A stretch of DNA of 64,000 nt from Candidatus Poribacteria bacterium (GTDB taxonomy: Bacteria; Poribacteria; WGA-4E; WGA-3G), in NCBI GenBank assembly GCA_965242965.1, contig OZ251518.1, forward strand, positions 256,001 through 320,000, read 5' to 3'. Positions 9,565-19,558 of the stretch are shown in pieces; within the stretch, counting starts at the first letter, position 1, and each line of letters starts with the position of its first letter. The notes beneath the pieces are model-generated. The model did no database searches, was not told the origin of the DNA, and saw nothing but the letters and a program-made list of their open reading frames with translations. The position numbers and the translations under genes are program-made.

Positions 9565-10167
9565 CTAATCCTGTGTCTCTGCTTCTGCCTCAGCAGCGTT
9601 GACGCGTTCCAGCCACTCTTCCATCTGCGTTTCAAGCCGCGTGTTATTTGCGGCTTTCGCGATGTCCAACGCGGTTTGGAAATTCTCCCGCGCTTTCTCG
9701 GTGAGTCCCATGTGGTAAGCCGTCCCACCACGTTTGATGTAAATATCCACGTTCTCCGGTTGGAGATGGGCTGCTTCATCCAGATCAGCGAGTGCGGCTT
9801 CGCCATCGCCGTTCATGAAATTCGCCATGCCGCGATTGACGTAAAGTGCCGCCATATCCGGACTCAGCCGAAGCCCTTCGTCGTAGTCCTCAATGGCGGA
9901 TTCATATTGCCCCAGTTTCACTTTGGCGTTAGCGCGATTGTTGTATAATTCGGCGAAATCCGGTCCGAACCGAATCGCTTTGTCAAAGTCACCGAGGGCA
10001 CTCTCATGTTTGTTCAGCGCGGTTTTGGCGAGCCCGCGATTGGAGTATGCCTCGGCATCCCCCGGGTCCAGCCGAAGTGCCTTGTCGTAATCAGAAATGG
10101 CGGCGCGATGCCTGCCTGAATCGTATTTCGCGCGTCCGCGCCGCGTGAAGTATTTGGCTTTTAGCAT
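9565..10167 (-). CDS. Tetratricopeptide repeat protein
   Basis: TPRs (AISDYDKALRLDP, AYSNRG, YNNRANAK); start placed at ATG 10167 after GAGGG. Confidence 0.85.
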   Translation of the reverse strand: MLKAKYFTRRGRAKYDSGRHRAAISDYDKALRLDPGDAEAYSNRGLAKTALNKHESALGDFDKAIRFGPDFAELYNNRANAKVKLGQYESAIEDYDEGLRLSPDMAALYVNRGMANFMNGDGEAALADLDEAAHLQPENVDIYIKRGGTAYHMGLTEKARENFQTALDIAKAANNTRLETQMEEWLERVNAAEAEAETQD

Positions 10168-10238
10168 TTTCGTTTCCCTCTTCAGAATGAGCGTTAATAA
10201 TAAGATACCATATTTTCCAATCAAAATCAACTTTAATT

Positions 10239-10765
10239 AGGGTGTTTCATAAATCCGTGTCGGAGAGCCCTCCTGGTTTCGATGCAAGCGATGTCCCTTT
10301 CATCGTAGGGCGAGGGCCCTCGCATGCCACACGCGCATGCGAGCGGGTTCCCCTCGTCATCGTTCATGTCCGCGCACCCCAACGCTCGCGGGGGACAGGC
10401 CCCCGCGCTACGATAAAAAACGGTTCTTAGGTCCGTAGGACCTTAATGTCTATAGCAGCCGAAACGCAAAAGGCTCTAAGGTCCTTTAGGTCCTTAATAG
10501 GTTTTGCCAGGGCCGCGCGTGGTTTTATTAAGGACCTAAAGGACCTTGAAAACGGTACGACACATGCTGCTATAGACATGTAGGTGCTAAAGCACCTAAA
10601 ACACCACTCTTGACGATGGAGATTGCGGGGGAAACCCGCTCGGATGCGCGTATGGCATCCGAGGGCCCCCGCGCTACGGGAACATCGAGACCAGGAGGTC
10701 TCTCCTACCGGAAATCACGCCCCGAGGTCTCTCCTGCCGAACACATCGAAATATGAAACACCCTC
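10239..10765. mobile_element. TIR-bounded composite REP element (MITE-like)
   Basis: AGGGTGTTTCATAA ... TATGAAACACCCTC with TTAA just outside each end; encloses GTAG hairpins and a nested AGGTCC/GGACCT element. Confidence 0.75.
10427..10599. repeat. ~175-bp palindromic AGGTCC/GGACCT element; inverted second copy at 50209-50384
   Basis: Terminal TTAGGTCC.TAGGACCTTAATGTCTATAG inverted repeats and shared interior GCCAGGGCCGCGCGT. Confidence 0.8.
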
Positions 10766-10824
10766 ACTTTAATAGCATTTACGCACTTTTTCCTATAGGC
10801 GTGGTTCATGAGAATAAAAAAAGA

Positions 10825-10853
10825 TTGACGCAAAAACGGCATTTTGGTAAAAT
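10825..10853 (+). promoter_or_regulatory. Sigma70-type promoter of the sod gene
   Basis: TTGACG-17 bp-TAAAAT. Confidence 0.6.
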
Positions 10854-10885
10854 AGGTATCACAACAAAATGACAAGGAGAATCTC

Positions 10886-11605
10886 ATGAATCGGAGAGAT
10901 TTCTTAATGAAAGGTGGCACAGCGGTGGCAGGACTGTTCCTCGCGAGTTCGCCGCTGAGTCTTTACGCGGCGCACCACGAAGTTGCCGAAGCATCCCATA
11001 AGCTGCCGGAACTGCCGTATGCGTATGACGCTTTAGAACCGCACATTGACACCCTCACGATGACAATTCATCACGGCAAGCACCACCAAGGTTACGTTAA
11101 CAAACTCAACGCCGCCCTCAAGGGGCACGATGAGCTTATGAAGATGTCGGTGGAAGCCCTGTTGCGCAACATCGATAAAGTGCCGATGGACATCCGTCAA
11201 GCCGTTATCAACAGTGGCGGTGGACACGCGAACCATACCCTCTTCTGGAACACGATGACTCCGAACGGTAGCAAACCGCTGGGGGAAGTTCTTGAGGCGA
11301 TTGAATCCGCGTTTGGCTCTTATCAGGCTGGTAGCGACATCTTTGACGAAGCCGCGCTGACGCATTTCGGTTCAGGATGGGCATGGCTCGTCGTTGACGA
11401 AGAAAAAAAGTTGCAAACCTACACCACGGTGAATCAGGATAGCCCCCTGATGAAGGGACATACCCCGATTCTCGGGCTTGATGTCTGGGAGCACGCCTAT
11501 TATCTGAAGTATCAGAATCGTCGCAAGGACTACTTGAAGGCGTGGGAAAACGTTATCGACTGGGAACAGGTGAACGCGCTTTATCTCGCGGCGATAAACC
11601 GGTAG
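10886..11605 (+). CDS. sodA: Fe/Mn superoxide dismutase (Mn-type signature) with Tat signal peptide
   Basis: MNRRDFL Tat motif; LPELPYAYDALEP, HHGKHH, GGGHANH, FGSGWAWL and DVWEHAYY. Confidence 0.92.
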   Translation: MNRRDFLMKGGTAVAGLFLASSPLSLYAAHHEVAEASHKLPELPYAYDALEPHIDTLTMTIHHGKHHQGYVNKLNAALKGHDELMKMSVEALLRNIDKVPMDIRQAVINSGGGHANHTLFWNTMTPNGSKPLGEVLEAIESAFGSYQAGSDIFDEAALTHFGSGWAWLVVDEEKKLQTYTTVNQDSPLMKGHTPILGLDVWEHAYYLKYQNRRKDYLKAWENVIDWEQVNALYLAAINR

Positions 11606-11639
11606 ACACGATTGCCGCATCGCGACACGAGGAACGACT

Positions 11640-12776
11640 ATGGAACGCAGAGATTTCCTGAAGCAGAGCGGCTTCACGCTCACCGCGCTGTTGCTGAGCC
11701 CGTGGAGCATCTACGCCTTTCCCAGCAGGGAAGGCGAGGTGCTTGTCCCGTTCGCAGCGCAGTCGCCAGAATCCGACAGCAACCGGGTGCTGCTGGACTG
11801 GAATCGCTTGGATACTTTCATCACGCCGAACGAGAAGTTTTTCAACGTTTCGCATTATGGGAAACCGGAGGTAGCCCTAGGTGCCTGGAGACTTGAGGTA
11901 AGCGGTTTGGTTGACAACCCGCTGATGCTCACGATAGCGGATATCAAAGCACGCCCGCGCCAAGAGGTAACGTTCACTTTGGAATGTTCTGGCAATCATG
12001 GGTTTCCTACGTTTACCGGGGCCATCGGGAATGCGAAGTGGGCTGGCACGCCGCTTGCGCCGATTTTGAAGGAGTCCGGTATCAAACAAAACGGCATTGA
12101 GGTGATTTTCTTCGGGCACGATACCGGTGAAGAGGAGCGGCGCGGTGTCAAGATGCGTCAGAACTTCGCGCGCAGCATGTCCCTCTCGGATGCGATGGCA
12201 GATACCGTTCTCCTCTGCTATGAGATGAACGGTGAGCCGCTGCCGCATGCGAACGGCGCGCCGCTGCGCCTGATTGCACCCGGTTGGTATGGCATCGCGT
12301 GCGTCAAATGGCTCAAACGGATTGAGGTGCGGGATACCCGTTTCATGGGCAGGTTCATGGCGCGCGATTATGTCACGATGCGCGAAGAGAAACGTCCTGA
12401 TGGCGAATCGGTTTGGATGGAAACCTCTGTCGGCCGCACGAAACTGAAATCGTTAGCAGCGAAGGTGACGCGCCTCGGCGATAAATACCGCATTTACGGT
12501 GCGGCTTGGGGCGCGCCGATTGATAGGGTCGAGGTGAGCCTTGACGGCGGCGCGTGGCAAAAGGCGACGCTTGACACGACTGAATCCGCCGAATTCGCGT
12601 GGAAAATCTGGCACCTCAATTGGGATAACCCGACGAAAGGCGAACACATCATCGTTTCAAGGGCAATTGATACAAGGGGCAACATCCAACCCGCTGGCGA
12701 TTCTGCCCATATCACGGGCAAACACACCTATTGGGAGAGCAACGGACAAATCGTCCGCCGGATTCACATTCCGTAG
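11640..12776 (+). CDS. Sulfite oxidase-family molybdoprotein (SoxC-like) with Tat signal
   Basis: MERRDFLK; TLECSGN (Mo-ligand Cys), MNGEPLP..NGAPLRLIAPGWYG..VKWL; C-terminal dimerisation domain. Confidence 0.88.
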   Translation: MERRDFLKQSGFTLTALLLSPWSIYAFPSREGEVLVPFAAQSPESDSNRVLLDWNRLDTFITPNEKFFNVSHYGKPEVALGAWRLEVSGLVDNPLMLTIADIKARPRQEVTFTLECSGNHGFPTFTGAIGNAKWAGTPLAPILKESGIKQNGIEVIFFGHDTGEEERRGVKMRQNFARSMSLSDAMADTVLLCYEMNGEPLPHANGAPLRLIAPGWYGIACVKWLKRIEVRDTRFMGRFMARDYVTMREEKRPDGESVWMETSVGRTKLKSLAAKVTRLGDKYRIYGAAWGAPIDRVEVSLDGGAWQKATLDTTESAEFAWKIWHLNWDNPTKGEHIIVSRAIDTRGNIQPAGDSAHITGKHTYWESNGQIVRRIHIP

Positions 12777-12836
12777 ATGCAATTGTAACGGCGGATGTCG
12801 TTCATGGACACCTGATAAATAGGAGACATTATCCTT

Positions 12837-13616
12837 ATGCACATCACCGATGAACAGAAACAGCAATTCCGAGAGGAAGGCTACTTTATCCTCGAAAACG
12901 TCATCCCGGAGCCGATGTTGGAACTCCTACGCGGCGAATGCGGGACGTTTATTAGTCAGATGGATGCCGAGATGGACAGGATGCAAACGGATGTCCTCGG
13001 CATTAACCATCGCGACAAGCGGTATTTTGTCTCAAATTGCTTCCGCAAGCAGCCGAGACTGCGCGAATTCCTCTTTAGCGAACTGATGGCGGAGCTCTGC
13101 CGTGCCACCCTCGGCGACACGGCGTATCTCTTCTGGGAGCAGTATGTCGTCAAAGGCGCGGAAGCAGGGATGAAGTTCAGCTGGCATCAGGACTCGGGAT
13201 ACGTCGGATACCCAGAACACAAGCCGTATCTCACCTGTTGGTGCGCCCTTGACGATATGTCCGAAGAGAACGGCACCGTCTATGTGATGCCGTTTTCGCA
13301 GATTGGCATCCGTTCGTGGGTGAAGCACATCCGCGAGGAGGGCAGCAACGACATGGTAGGCTATTTCGGACCGGAAAAAGGCGTGCCGGCTATCGTGCCT
13401 GCGGGGAGCATTGCGGTGTTTACCAGCATCAACTTCCACTGCAGCGGCACGAACCGCACTAAGAAGTTGCGCCGTGCGTATCTTGCGCAGTATTCGGCTG
13501 AGCCGCTCCTTTCGCACGATGGGACGCGTCTGTGGGGCAATGCGGAGCCGCTGTTGCGTGACGGAAAGTCGGCAGTGGGGGAACCGCCGCCGGAGATTGC
13601 GTCGCGGTTTGATTGA
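12837..13616 (+). CDS. Phytanoyl-CoA dioxygenase (PhyH) family protein
   Basis: QFREEGYFILE, WHQD, WCALDD..EENG and FHCSG.N. Confidence 0.88.
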   Translation: MHITDEQKQQFREEGYFILENVIPEPMLELLRGECGTFISQMDAEMDRMQTDVLGINHRDKRYFVSNCFRKQPRLREFLFSELMAELCRATLGDTAYLFWEQYVVKGAEAGMKFSWHQDSGYVGYPEHKPYLTCWCALDDMSEENGTVYVMPFSQIGIRSWVKHIREEGSNDMVGYFGPEKGVPAIVPAGSIAVFTSINFHCSGTNRTKKLRRAYLAQYSAEPLLSHDGTRLWGNAEPLLRDGKSAVGEPPPEIASRFD

Positions 13617-13705
13617 ATTCCTAGTTCGGCGCAAAGGCTGTCCCTGACATCGCGGAGGTGTAGGGGCACCTTTTGTGTCGTTCAACGCAGCATCGGAGGT
13701 CAAAC

Positions 13706-14410
13706 ATGGACAATTTTGAGAGACTGCTGAGTCTGGCGGAATTCGCTGCGAAAAGGCATGAGGAAAGAAGGCAAGTTGAGTTCAGAATCTTCATCACCTA
13801 CCTAACTTTTCTTGCTGTAATTTTCTATCATTTTACGAAAAAAGAGGGTTTAGTCCGAGACTTGATTACTTGGCTCGGTGTGCCTGTCTCAAGTTCTTCG
13901 GATCCAATCAATCCTTGGGTTCTAATTGTTGCCTTATCGCTTATCCACGTGGTTTACTTTTTCTGGCAGACGACTATTGGGATAGCGAATCAGAATGACA
14001 CACGCCGAAGAGATTTCTTTTTGGAGCGGGCGGAATGTATTTCTCAATATTTTATCAAGAACCCTCATAGTAAGACCTTTAGACCGAATGATCAGAAAAA
14101 GGTTCAAGTTGTGCGTGATGGTAAAATTGTTGAAAAATGTGAAATGGAATTTTTTGCGGAACAGCGTCCGCAGATAATTCTACCCCCGTACACAATAAGG
14201 AAAATGATAGAGTATTCTCACAAATTTTTGGAAGATTGGTTTCGCGGATCCCAATTTGCAATTCCAACTATTATGTTGGGGACACTTTTTTTCCTTAAAT
14301 TAGACTTCTGGTGGCAAGGTTTGCTAACCTTAGTCCTTCTTGCGATTTTATCATTGATTTTACCGTTTGTTTCACTTTGTTGGAGAAAAAGGAAACGCAA
14401 TGACAATTAA
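13706..14410 (+). CDS. Hypothetical multi-pass membrane protein (AT-rich)
   Basis: GGAGG RBS before ATG 13706; about four hydrophobic segments; visibly AT-richer than its neighbours. Confidence 0.65.
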   Translation: MDNFERLLSLAEFAAKRHEERRQVEFRIFITYLTFLAVIFYHFTKKEGLVRDLITWLGVPVSSSSDPINPWVLIVALSLIHVVYFFWQTTIGIANQNDTRRRDFFLERAECISQYFIKNPHSKTFRPNDQKKVQVVRDGKIVEKCEMEFFAEQRPQIILPPYTIRKMIEYSHKFLEDWFRGSQFAIPTIMLGTLFFLKLDFWWQGLLTLVLLAILSLILPFVSLCWRKRKRNDN

Positions 14411-14684
14411 GCAATTCCAAAAGCAGATCGAGGCAATCTATTACGAACGCGACGCTGAACGCGGTGTCCCCCTCACCTTCACGTGGTTCGTCGAAGAAGT
14501 CGGCGAACTCGCGAAGGAAATCCGCAAGCATCCGCACGACATAACACGACTCCGCGAAGAGTTCGCAGACGTGTTTGCATGGCTCGCCACGCTGGCTAGC
14601 CTGCTTGATATAGATTTGGCGGAGGCGGCGCAAATCTACGCAGATGGATGCCCGAAGTGCCAAGATACGCCGTGCTGTTGCTAA
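14400..14684 (+). CDS. MazG-like nucleotide pyrophosphohydrolase
   Basis: FQKQIEAIY, VEEVGELAKEI, EEFADVFAWL and C-terminal CPKC..PCCC. Confidence 0.85.
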   Translation: MTIKQFQKQIEAIYYERDAERGVPLTFTWFVEEVGELAKEIRKHPHDITRLREEFADVFAWLATLASLLDIDLAEAAQIYADGCPKCQDTPCCC

Positions 14685-14760
14685 TCCACGACAGTTGTCT
14701 AATTTGTCCAATGCCCGGTAGGCGCGCTTACAAAGCGCGCCTATCCGTTTCGCCTCCCAC

Positions 14761-16601
14761 CTATATCGTTTTGAGATGGCACTGCAACGCGAGGTTCGCC
14801 GCAAGCGTATCAGTCAACGCAATATCACGGCAGATGAAGATGGAATCTTTCGATAGCCGCAGGTGTTCTATGTCTGTCTCCGCGAGCTCTTTGTCTAAAC
14901 AGACATGGAAAGTTTGCGTTCCATCAGGCGCGCTAATTCGGAAGACGGTGTTCGTTTGTAACCCGGCGACTTCTTCCATCGTGCTGTCAAGTGGGTATCC
15001 CTCCTTGAGCGCGATTTCATAAAGGACATCCTCAACTATCCAACCGTTGCGAAGCGTATCAATGGTGTTCTCTAACTGCGCGATATACGTCTGTGCATCC
15101 TCGGCGGTAATCTCGGCTTCCGTGCGGTAGTTCGATTCGGCGAGTTCAAAGACACGGAAGCCTATGTCCCCGTTGAGGTTTTGACAGACGCGCCGAATCC
15201 GTTCCTTCCCAATCTCGGCGATAGTCTGAAAGCCTGCCTTGCGCGCCGCCGATTTCTCAGGTGTCCGTTCCGGCAGTTGCACCATGATAAACTGCCGCGT
15301 GCCCGAATCCTCCTGATTGAGTTCCAACACTGCCTGTGCTGTCGTGCAGGAACCGGCGAAGAAATCCAAAATGATTGAATCGCGGTGAGTGCTAAATTGG
15401 AGAAGGTGCTTGATTAAGCCCACCGGCTTGGGATTGGTAAAGATGCCATCTGCATCGAGAAGCTCCCGCAGCTGGGCCCTGCCGTGACTGTTTTTCTCAA
15501 CATCGGTTAACAGACCGCGCGGGACTCTCCCGCTTGATTCGTTCAGGTAACGCTTGTATTCCACGAGCCACTTCCCTTTTTGCGATTTTCTAAAGACGAT
15601 GCGATTTTCCTTTTTCATTTGCAGAAAACGCGACTCCAGCCGGTTCCACTCGTTGAAGACAAAAGAACCGTCGGGACATTCGATCTTGTATTGCAATCCT
15701 GGGGAGGGATGATCTGGTCTTCCGCGTGTGAAGGCATCGGTTTTATAGGGACCGCGGGTGGCATAATGCTCATCTTTTTGCGTGTAGGCGGCACTCTCCT
15801 TTTCAGTGAGCGGATACCGAAACCTTCCGGTTACAGCGCGGTCTTTTGCGTAAGCGAGGATGTATTCGTGGTTTATCGCGAAGTGTTTGGCATCGTTACT
15901 TCCGCTAGCGTATCGTTGCCACACCAATTGTTGCAGGCAGTTTTCCTCGCCGAAAATCTCGTTCATGAGAAGGCGGAGGTTGTAAACCTCGCGGTCATCG
16001 ATACTGACGAAGATGATGCCGTCATCGGTGAGGAGTTGTCGTGCGAGGAAGAGACGCGGATACATCATCGACAGCCATGCCGAGTGGTATCGGCCGCTCG
16101 TCTCTGGGTTGCTGGTTTGCAGATTGCCCTCGGTATCAAGTTGCCCGGATAGTTGCAGATAAGCCGCCAGCGGTTTCGCGTAGTTATCAGGATAGACGAA
16201 ATCGCTCCCGGTGTTGTAAGGCGGATCGATGTAGACGGCTTTGATCTTGCCGAAATAGGGTTTGTAGAGGAGTTTCAGCACCTCTAGGTTATCGCCTTCA
16301 ATGAAGAGGTTTGGGCTGCTGTCAAAATGCAGGGCAGCATCTCGGTGCGGCTTGAGGGTAGCCTCGGTAGGGACGCTAAGCAGGCGGATGGCATCGCGTT
16401 TGCCTGCCCAATTGAAACTATACCTATCCGATGTCTCTGCTTCAGTCTGTTTACCCCTTTTACCCCCCCTTCACAAATGTATATAATCTGCTGAAGTTTT
16501 TCCGCGTCAATGCTGCCTTCGGTGAGGCATTCAGGGAAGAGTTGCTTAAGTTGGCGGAGTCGTTCCGCGTTGGGGTTAGGGGTTGTTTTCGGGGTTTTCA
16601 T
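14761..16601 (-). pseudogene. mod: Type III Mod-type (beta-class) adenine DNA methyltransferase, frameshifted at a G7 tract
   Basis: The N-terminal LKQLFPECLTEGSID frame switches at the G7 (16463-16469) to RYSFNWAGK...FIEGDNLEVLKLL...YIDPPYNTG...NPKP...LDFFAGSCTT; no res gene adjacent. Confidence 0.85.
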
Positions 16602-16628
16602 TGGCGTTTTTCCTTGCGCTAGGCACGG

Positions 16629-16922
16629 CTATATCTCCGACAGTTCAGGGACGTGTGCGTCCTCATAATTTTCAATGAGCGTCCCAATGAAGTCCATCAA
16701 CGAGGCTAAGATGTGGTCTTCGTTTTCACCAACGGTATCAATTAAACCGTCGAGGATTGCCACGAGTTGTTGATAGTCATTTTCTGTCAATGAGGCGAAA
16801 AGATGGGGTTCGCTCGTGCCAACGGCATCAATTAGATGTTCTAACGCTGGCACAAGTGGTAGAGAATTCCCAATGGGTTCTGCCTGCAACGGACTAGATA
16901 GCGGGGTGTGTCTGGGCATCAT
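16629..16922 (-). CDS. Small protein resembling the N-terminal half of HigA-type antitoxins (no HTH)
   Basis: ENDYQQLV..LDGLIDTVGENEDH.L.SLMDFIGTLIENYED; AAGGAG RBS. Confidence 0.55.
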   Translation of the reverse strand: MMPRHTPLSSPLQAEPIGNSLPLVPALEHLIDAVGTSEPHLFASLTENDYQQLVAILDGLIDTVGENEDHILASLMDFIGTLIENYEDAHVPELSEI

Positions 16923-16942
16923 ATTACTCCTTCAACTTAAGT

Positions 16943-17415
16943 GAGGGTGTTTCATATTTCAATTTCTTCCCGGTAGGAGAGACCTCCCGGTCTCGATTTT
17001 CCTGTAGCGCGGGGGCCTGTCCCCTGCGAGTTCCATCGTCACGATCCGTGTTTCCCTTCTGTAGTTTGTGATCGCCTGATCACAAACGGTTCAGGATCAG
17101 GCGATCCTGACCTACAGAGCCTGGCGCGCGAGCGATGGCGAGGGACAGGCCCTCGCCCTACGGTGAAGTGCCGTTTTTTCCCGTAGCGCGGGGCCCGTCC
17201 CTTGCGAGCTCCATCGTTCCGATGTGTGTTTCCGCCTCTGTAGTTTGTGATCGCCTGATCACAAACGGTTCAGGATCAGGCGATCCTGACCTACAGAGCC
17301 TGGCGCGCGAGTGATGCAGAAATCAAGACCAGGAGGGCTCTCCTACAGGGACATCGCTTGCATCGAGACCGGGAGGTCTCTCCTACCGGGATGCAGCGAT
17401 TTATGAAACTCCCTC
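16943..17415. mobile_element. TIR-bounded composite REP element with an internal tandem duplication
   Basis: TTAA-GT-GAGGGTGTTTCATA ... TATGAAACTCCCTC-TC-TTAA; two ~180-bp internal units. Confidence 0.78.
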
Positions 17416-17417
17416 TC

Positions 17418-18686
17418 TTAATTTGCATCCAAAAACCGCTCAAAATTCCCGCCGAACAGATTGCCGACATCCCGAACGATTTCCGAACGCGTCACACACC
17501 AACCCGCATCCAATAATGTCTGATACTTCTCCGCCAAAACATCGGCGATGATCTGGCGCGAATGTTTCCATTTGTATACCAGCTGATCCAAGATGCGCGC
17601 ATCCGAATGTTGCGGGATAACGCTCAACCCCAGCAACTCAAGCCGCTCACGCGTAATCTCCTCAATAATGCTCGGATTGTTCATGAACCACCAACACCCG
17701 AAAATCATCAGGTTTTTGAACTTCCTGCCGATGACGCATAACTCATGCTGGTTCTCGCGCGACAGAAGCGTTACCAAAAACTTATTGTCGGGATGTTCAC
17801 GGAGCAACGCCTCTAAACTACCCAGGTCTGCCTTCGCGCTGCCATCGCCAGCCATCTGGAGTTGCGGATTCACGGCGCGTTTGACACCAATCATCAGCGC
17901 GAACGGAACGTTGAATTCACGCGAGACCGGCAGGATACAGTTATCGAACACTCTACCGAGGATGCCGTCATCAGGATACCGAAAATCCGGGGGGAGCGAG
18001 ACTGCCATGTATTTTGGTTGCATCCGTTGAATCCACGTCTCCAAGAATCGGCGCACCTCTTTCTGTGCCTTTTCAGATGAGAGCGTTGCATCCACCTCAT
18101 AACCAAGTCCGCGGAGGTGTTCATAAGCGGTTTCTTGGTAAGTGTTGATCAGCACGTCCAGCCGCAGCGCGGCGTGAAACCGCGAATCGCCGGTATTCGC
18201 AGATTCCCACACTGGGGATTCTGCTGCATCAAAAGGGTCATTCGTCATAACGACTTGTGAGACATTGGCGCGGGCAAACACCGTGTCAATGAACGCCTCG
18301 ACGGAGGTATCCGCAAAGTAGTTACGGTAGTCCTGCAGGTTGCGCGCGGTGACATCCAACCCCAATTCGTTTAACGTCGTGACGACACCGCGGCATGCCT
18401 CGCTCAACGGCGAGTTTTCAATGAAGAGTTTCTGCCAGATGAGCTCCGCCTGTTCCGCCTTCGTCATCGCCCAAAACTGCTGATAGGTGACATCCGATTT
18501 GCGGAATACCTCGGCGATGAGGTAGTGATACGTCAGCAATTCGTCAATGCCCCACAGCAACAATTCCCCGAAGGGTGGACTGAACAGATGCGTGTGGATG
18601 TCGGTGACGCTTTGCGCGTGGACCTCTGTCGTAACAGCGGTTTTCAGTTCAGCCGCGTTCGCGATGGGCTGCGTGCCGTTGTTCAT
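17418..18686 (-). CDS. uxaC: Glucuronate (uronate) isomerase, Bacillus halodurans Bh0493-type
   Basis: DIHTHLF, LWGIDELLTYHYL, MTNDPF, MIGVKR, FGCWWF and QHSDARILDQL. Confidence 0.85.
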   Translation of the reverse strand: MNNGTQPIANAAELKTAVTTEVHAQSVTDIHTHLFSPPFGELLLWGIDELLTYHYLIAEVFRKSDVTYQQFWAMTKAEQAELIWQKLFIENSPLSEACRGVVTTLNELGLDVTARNLQDYRNYFADTSVEAFIDTVFARANVSQVVMTNDPFDAAESPVWESANTGDSRFHAALRLDVLINTYQETAYEHLRGLGYEVDATLSSEKAQKEVRRFLETWIQRMQPKYMAVSLPPDFRYPDDGILGRVFDNCILPVSREFNVPFALMIGVKRAVNPQLQMAGDGSAKADLGSLEALLREHPDNKFLVTLLSRENQHELCVIGRKFKNLMIFGCWWFMNNPSIIEEITRERLELLGLSVIPQHSDARILDQLVYKWKHSRQIIADVLAEKYQTLLDAGWCVTRSEIVRDVGNLFGGNFERFLDAN

Positions 18687-18689
18687 TCT

Positions 18690-19094
18690 TCATTCTCCCG
18701 GAGGCGCGCTTTCCAAACGCGCCCGAATAAAATCAACTATCGATTCCGATGGCTGTGTGCCAAATCGGACGTAAACGCCCCGGAAATTCTCCAGCCGCGT
18801 CGGTTTCGCAAAGGGACTGAGCAGTATCCCGTTCGCATCAACATAAGAACTCCGGAACGTAGCCCAGGGCCGTTCCAACCGATAGCAACATGCCGTGACG
18901 ATAAGCCTATCCGTCTCGCACTGGTAGCGGAACGGCAAAAAGTATTTGTAAAGCGAACCGATTAGGAACAGTGCCGATAGCACCACGACCGGGGCAGACC
19001 GGAACCCCCAATAGATGCAGAGGAAAAGGAAACACAGAAAAATCCCCAGTAGCGCGCTCCGTTTCCAATTTTCACGAGCGGATGCACTGTCCAT
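18690..19094 (-). CDS. Hypothetical membrane protein
   Basis: Two N-terminal TM helices, then YFLP..Y and GILLSPF..PTRLENFRG; operonic with secG. Confidence 0.7.
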   Translation of the reverse strand: MDSASARENWKRSALLGIFLCFLFLCIYWGFRSAPVVVLSALFLIGSLYKYFLPFRYQCETDRLIVTACCYRLERPWATFRSSYVDANGILLSPFAKPTRLENFRGVYVRFGTQPSESIVDFIRARLESAPPGE

Positions 19095-19138
19095 GAGATT
19101 TGTTCGTCGGTTTGGTGCTGCGTTTCCATTTTTCTCGC

Positions 19139-19558
19139 CTACTCAGTCTCCTCTGGCGTAACTCCATCGACTTCGGTTTTCGAGGATTGTCCTCCTTCGG
19201 CGGGTGTCTCACTTTCGGTGCTGTCCGCCTCGTCTCCGCCGACGGTGTCAACGGGTTCCGGTGTCTCACCCTGTTGCGTCTGTTCTTGCTCAATCGGGGT
19301 GAGGGCACCGCCGCTCTCCTCGCCGTAGAACCGCATTAAGATGAGCGAGATAACCATGAAGCCGACGGCCAACCACGTCGTCATTTTGCCGAGGAAAGTC
19401 GCGGCACCGCGACTGCCCAACATTGACTGCATCTCCGCGCCGCCAAACGCGCTTGATGACAGCCCTTCGCCTTTGCTGTCTTGTAAGAGGATGATCAGCG
19501 TCAAAATGACGCAGACCGGAACGAAAAGCACTACTGCAAATCCAATGATAATTCCCAT
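19139..19558 (-). CDS. secG: Preprotein translocase subunit SecG
   Basis: IILLQDSKGEGLS.AFGG, GSRGAATFL.KMT.WL; acidic C-tail; follows tpiA. Confidence 0.9.
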   Translation of the reverse strand: MGIIIGFAVVLFVPVCVILTLIILLQDSKGEGLSSSAFGGAEMQSMLGSRGAATFLGKMTTWLAVGFMVISLILMRFYGEESGGALTPIEQEQTQQGETPEPVDTVGGDEADSTESETPAEGGQSSKTEVDGVTPEETE

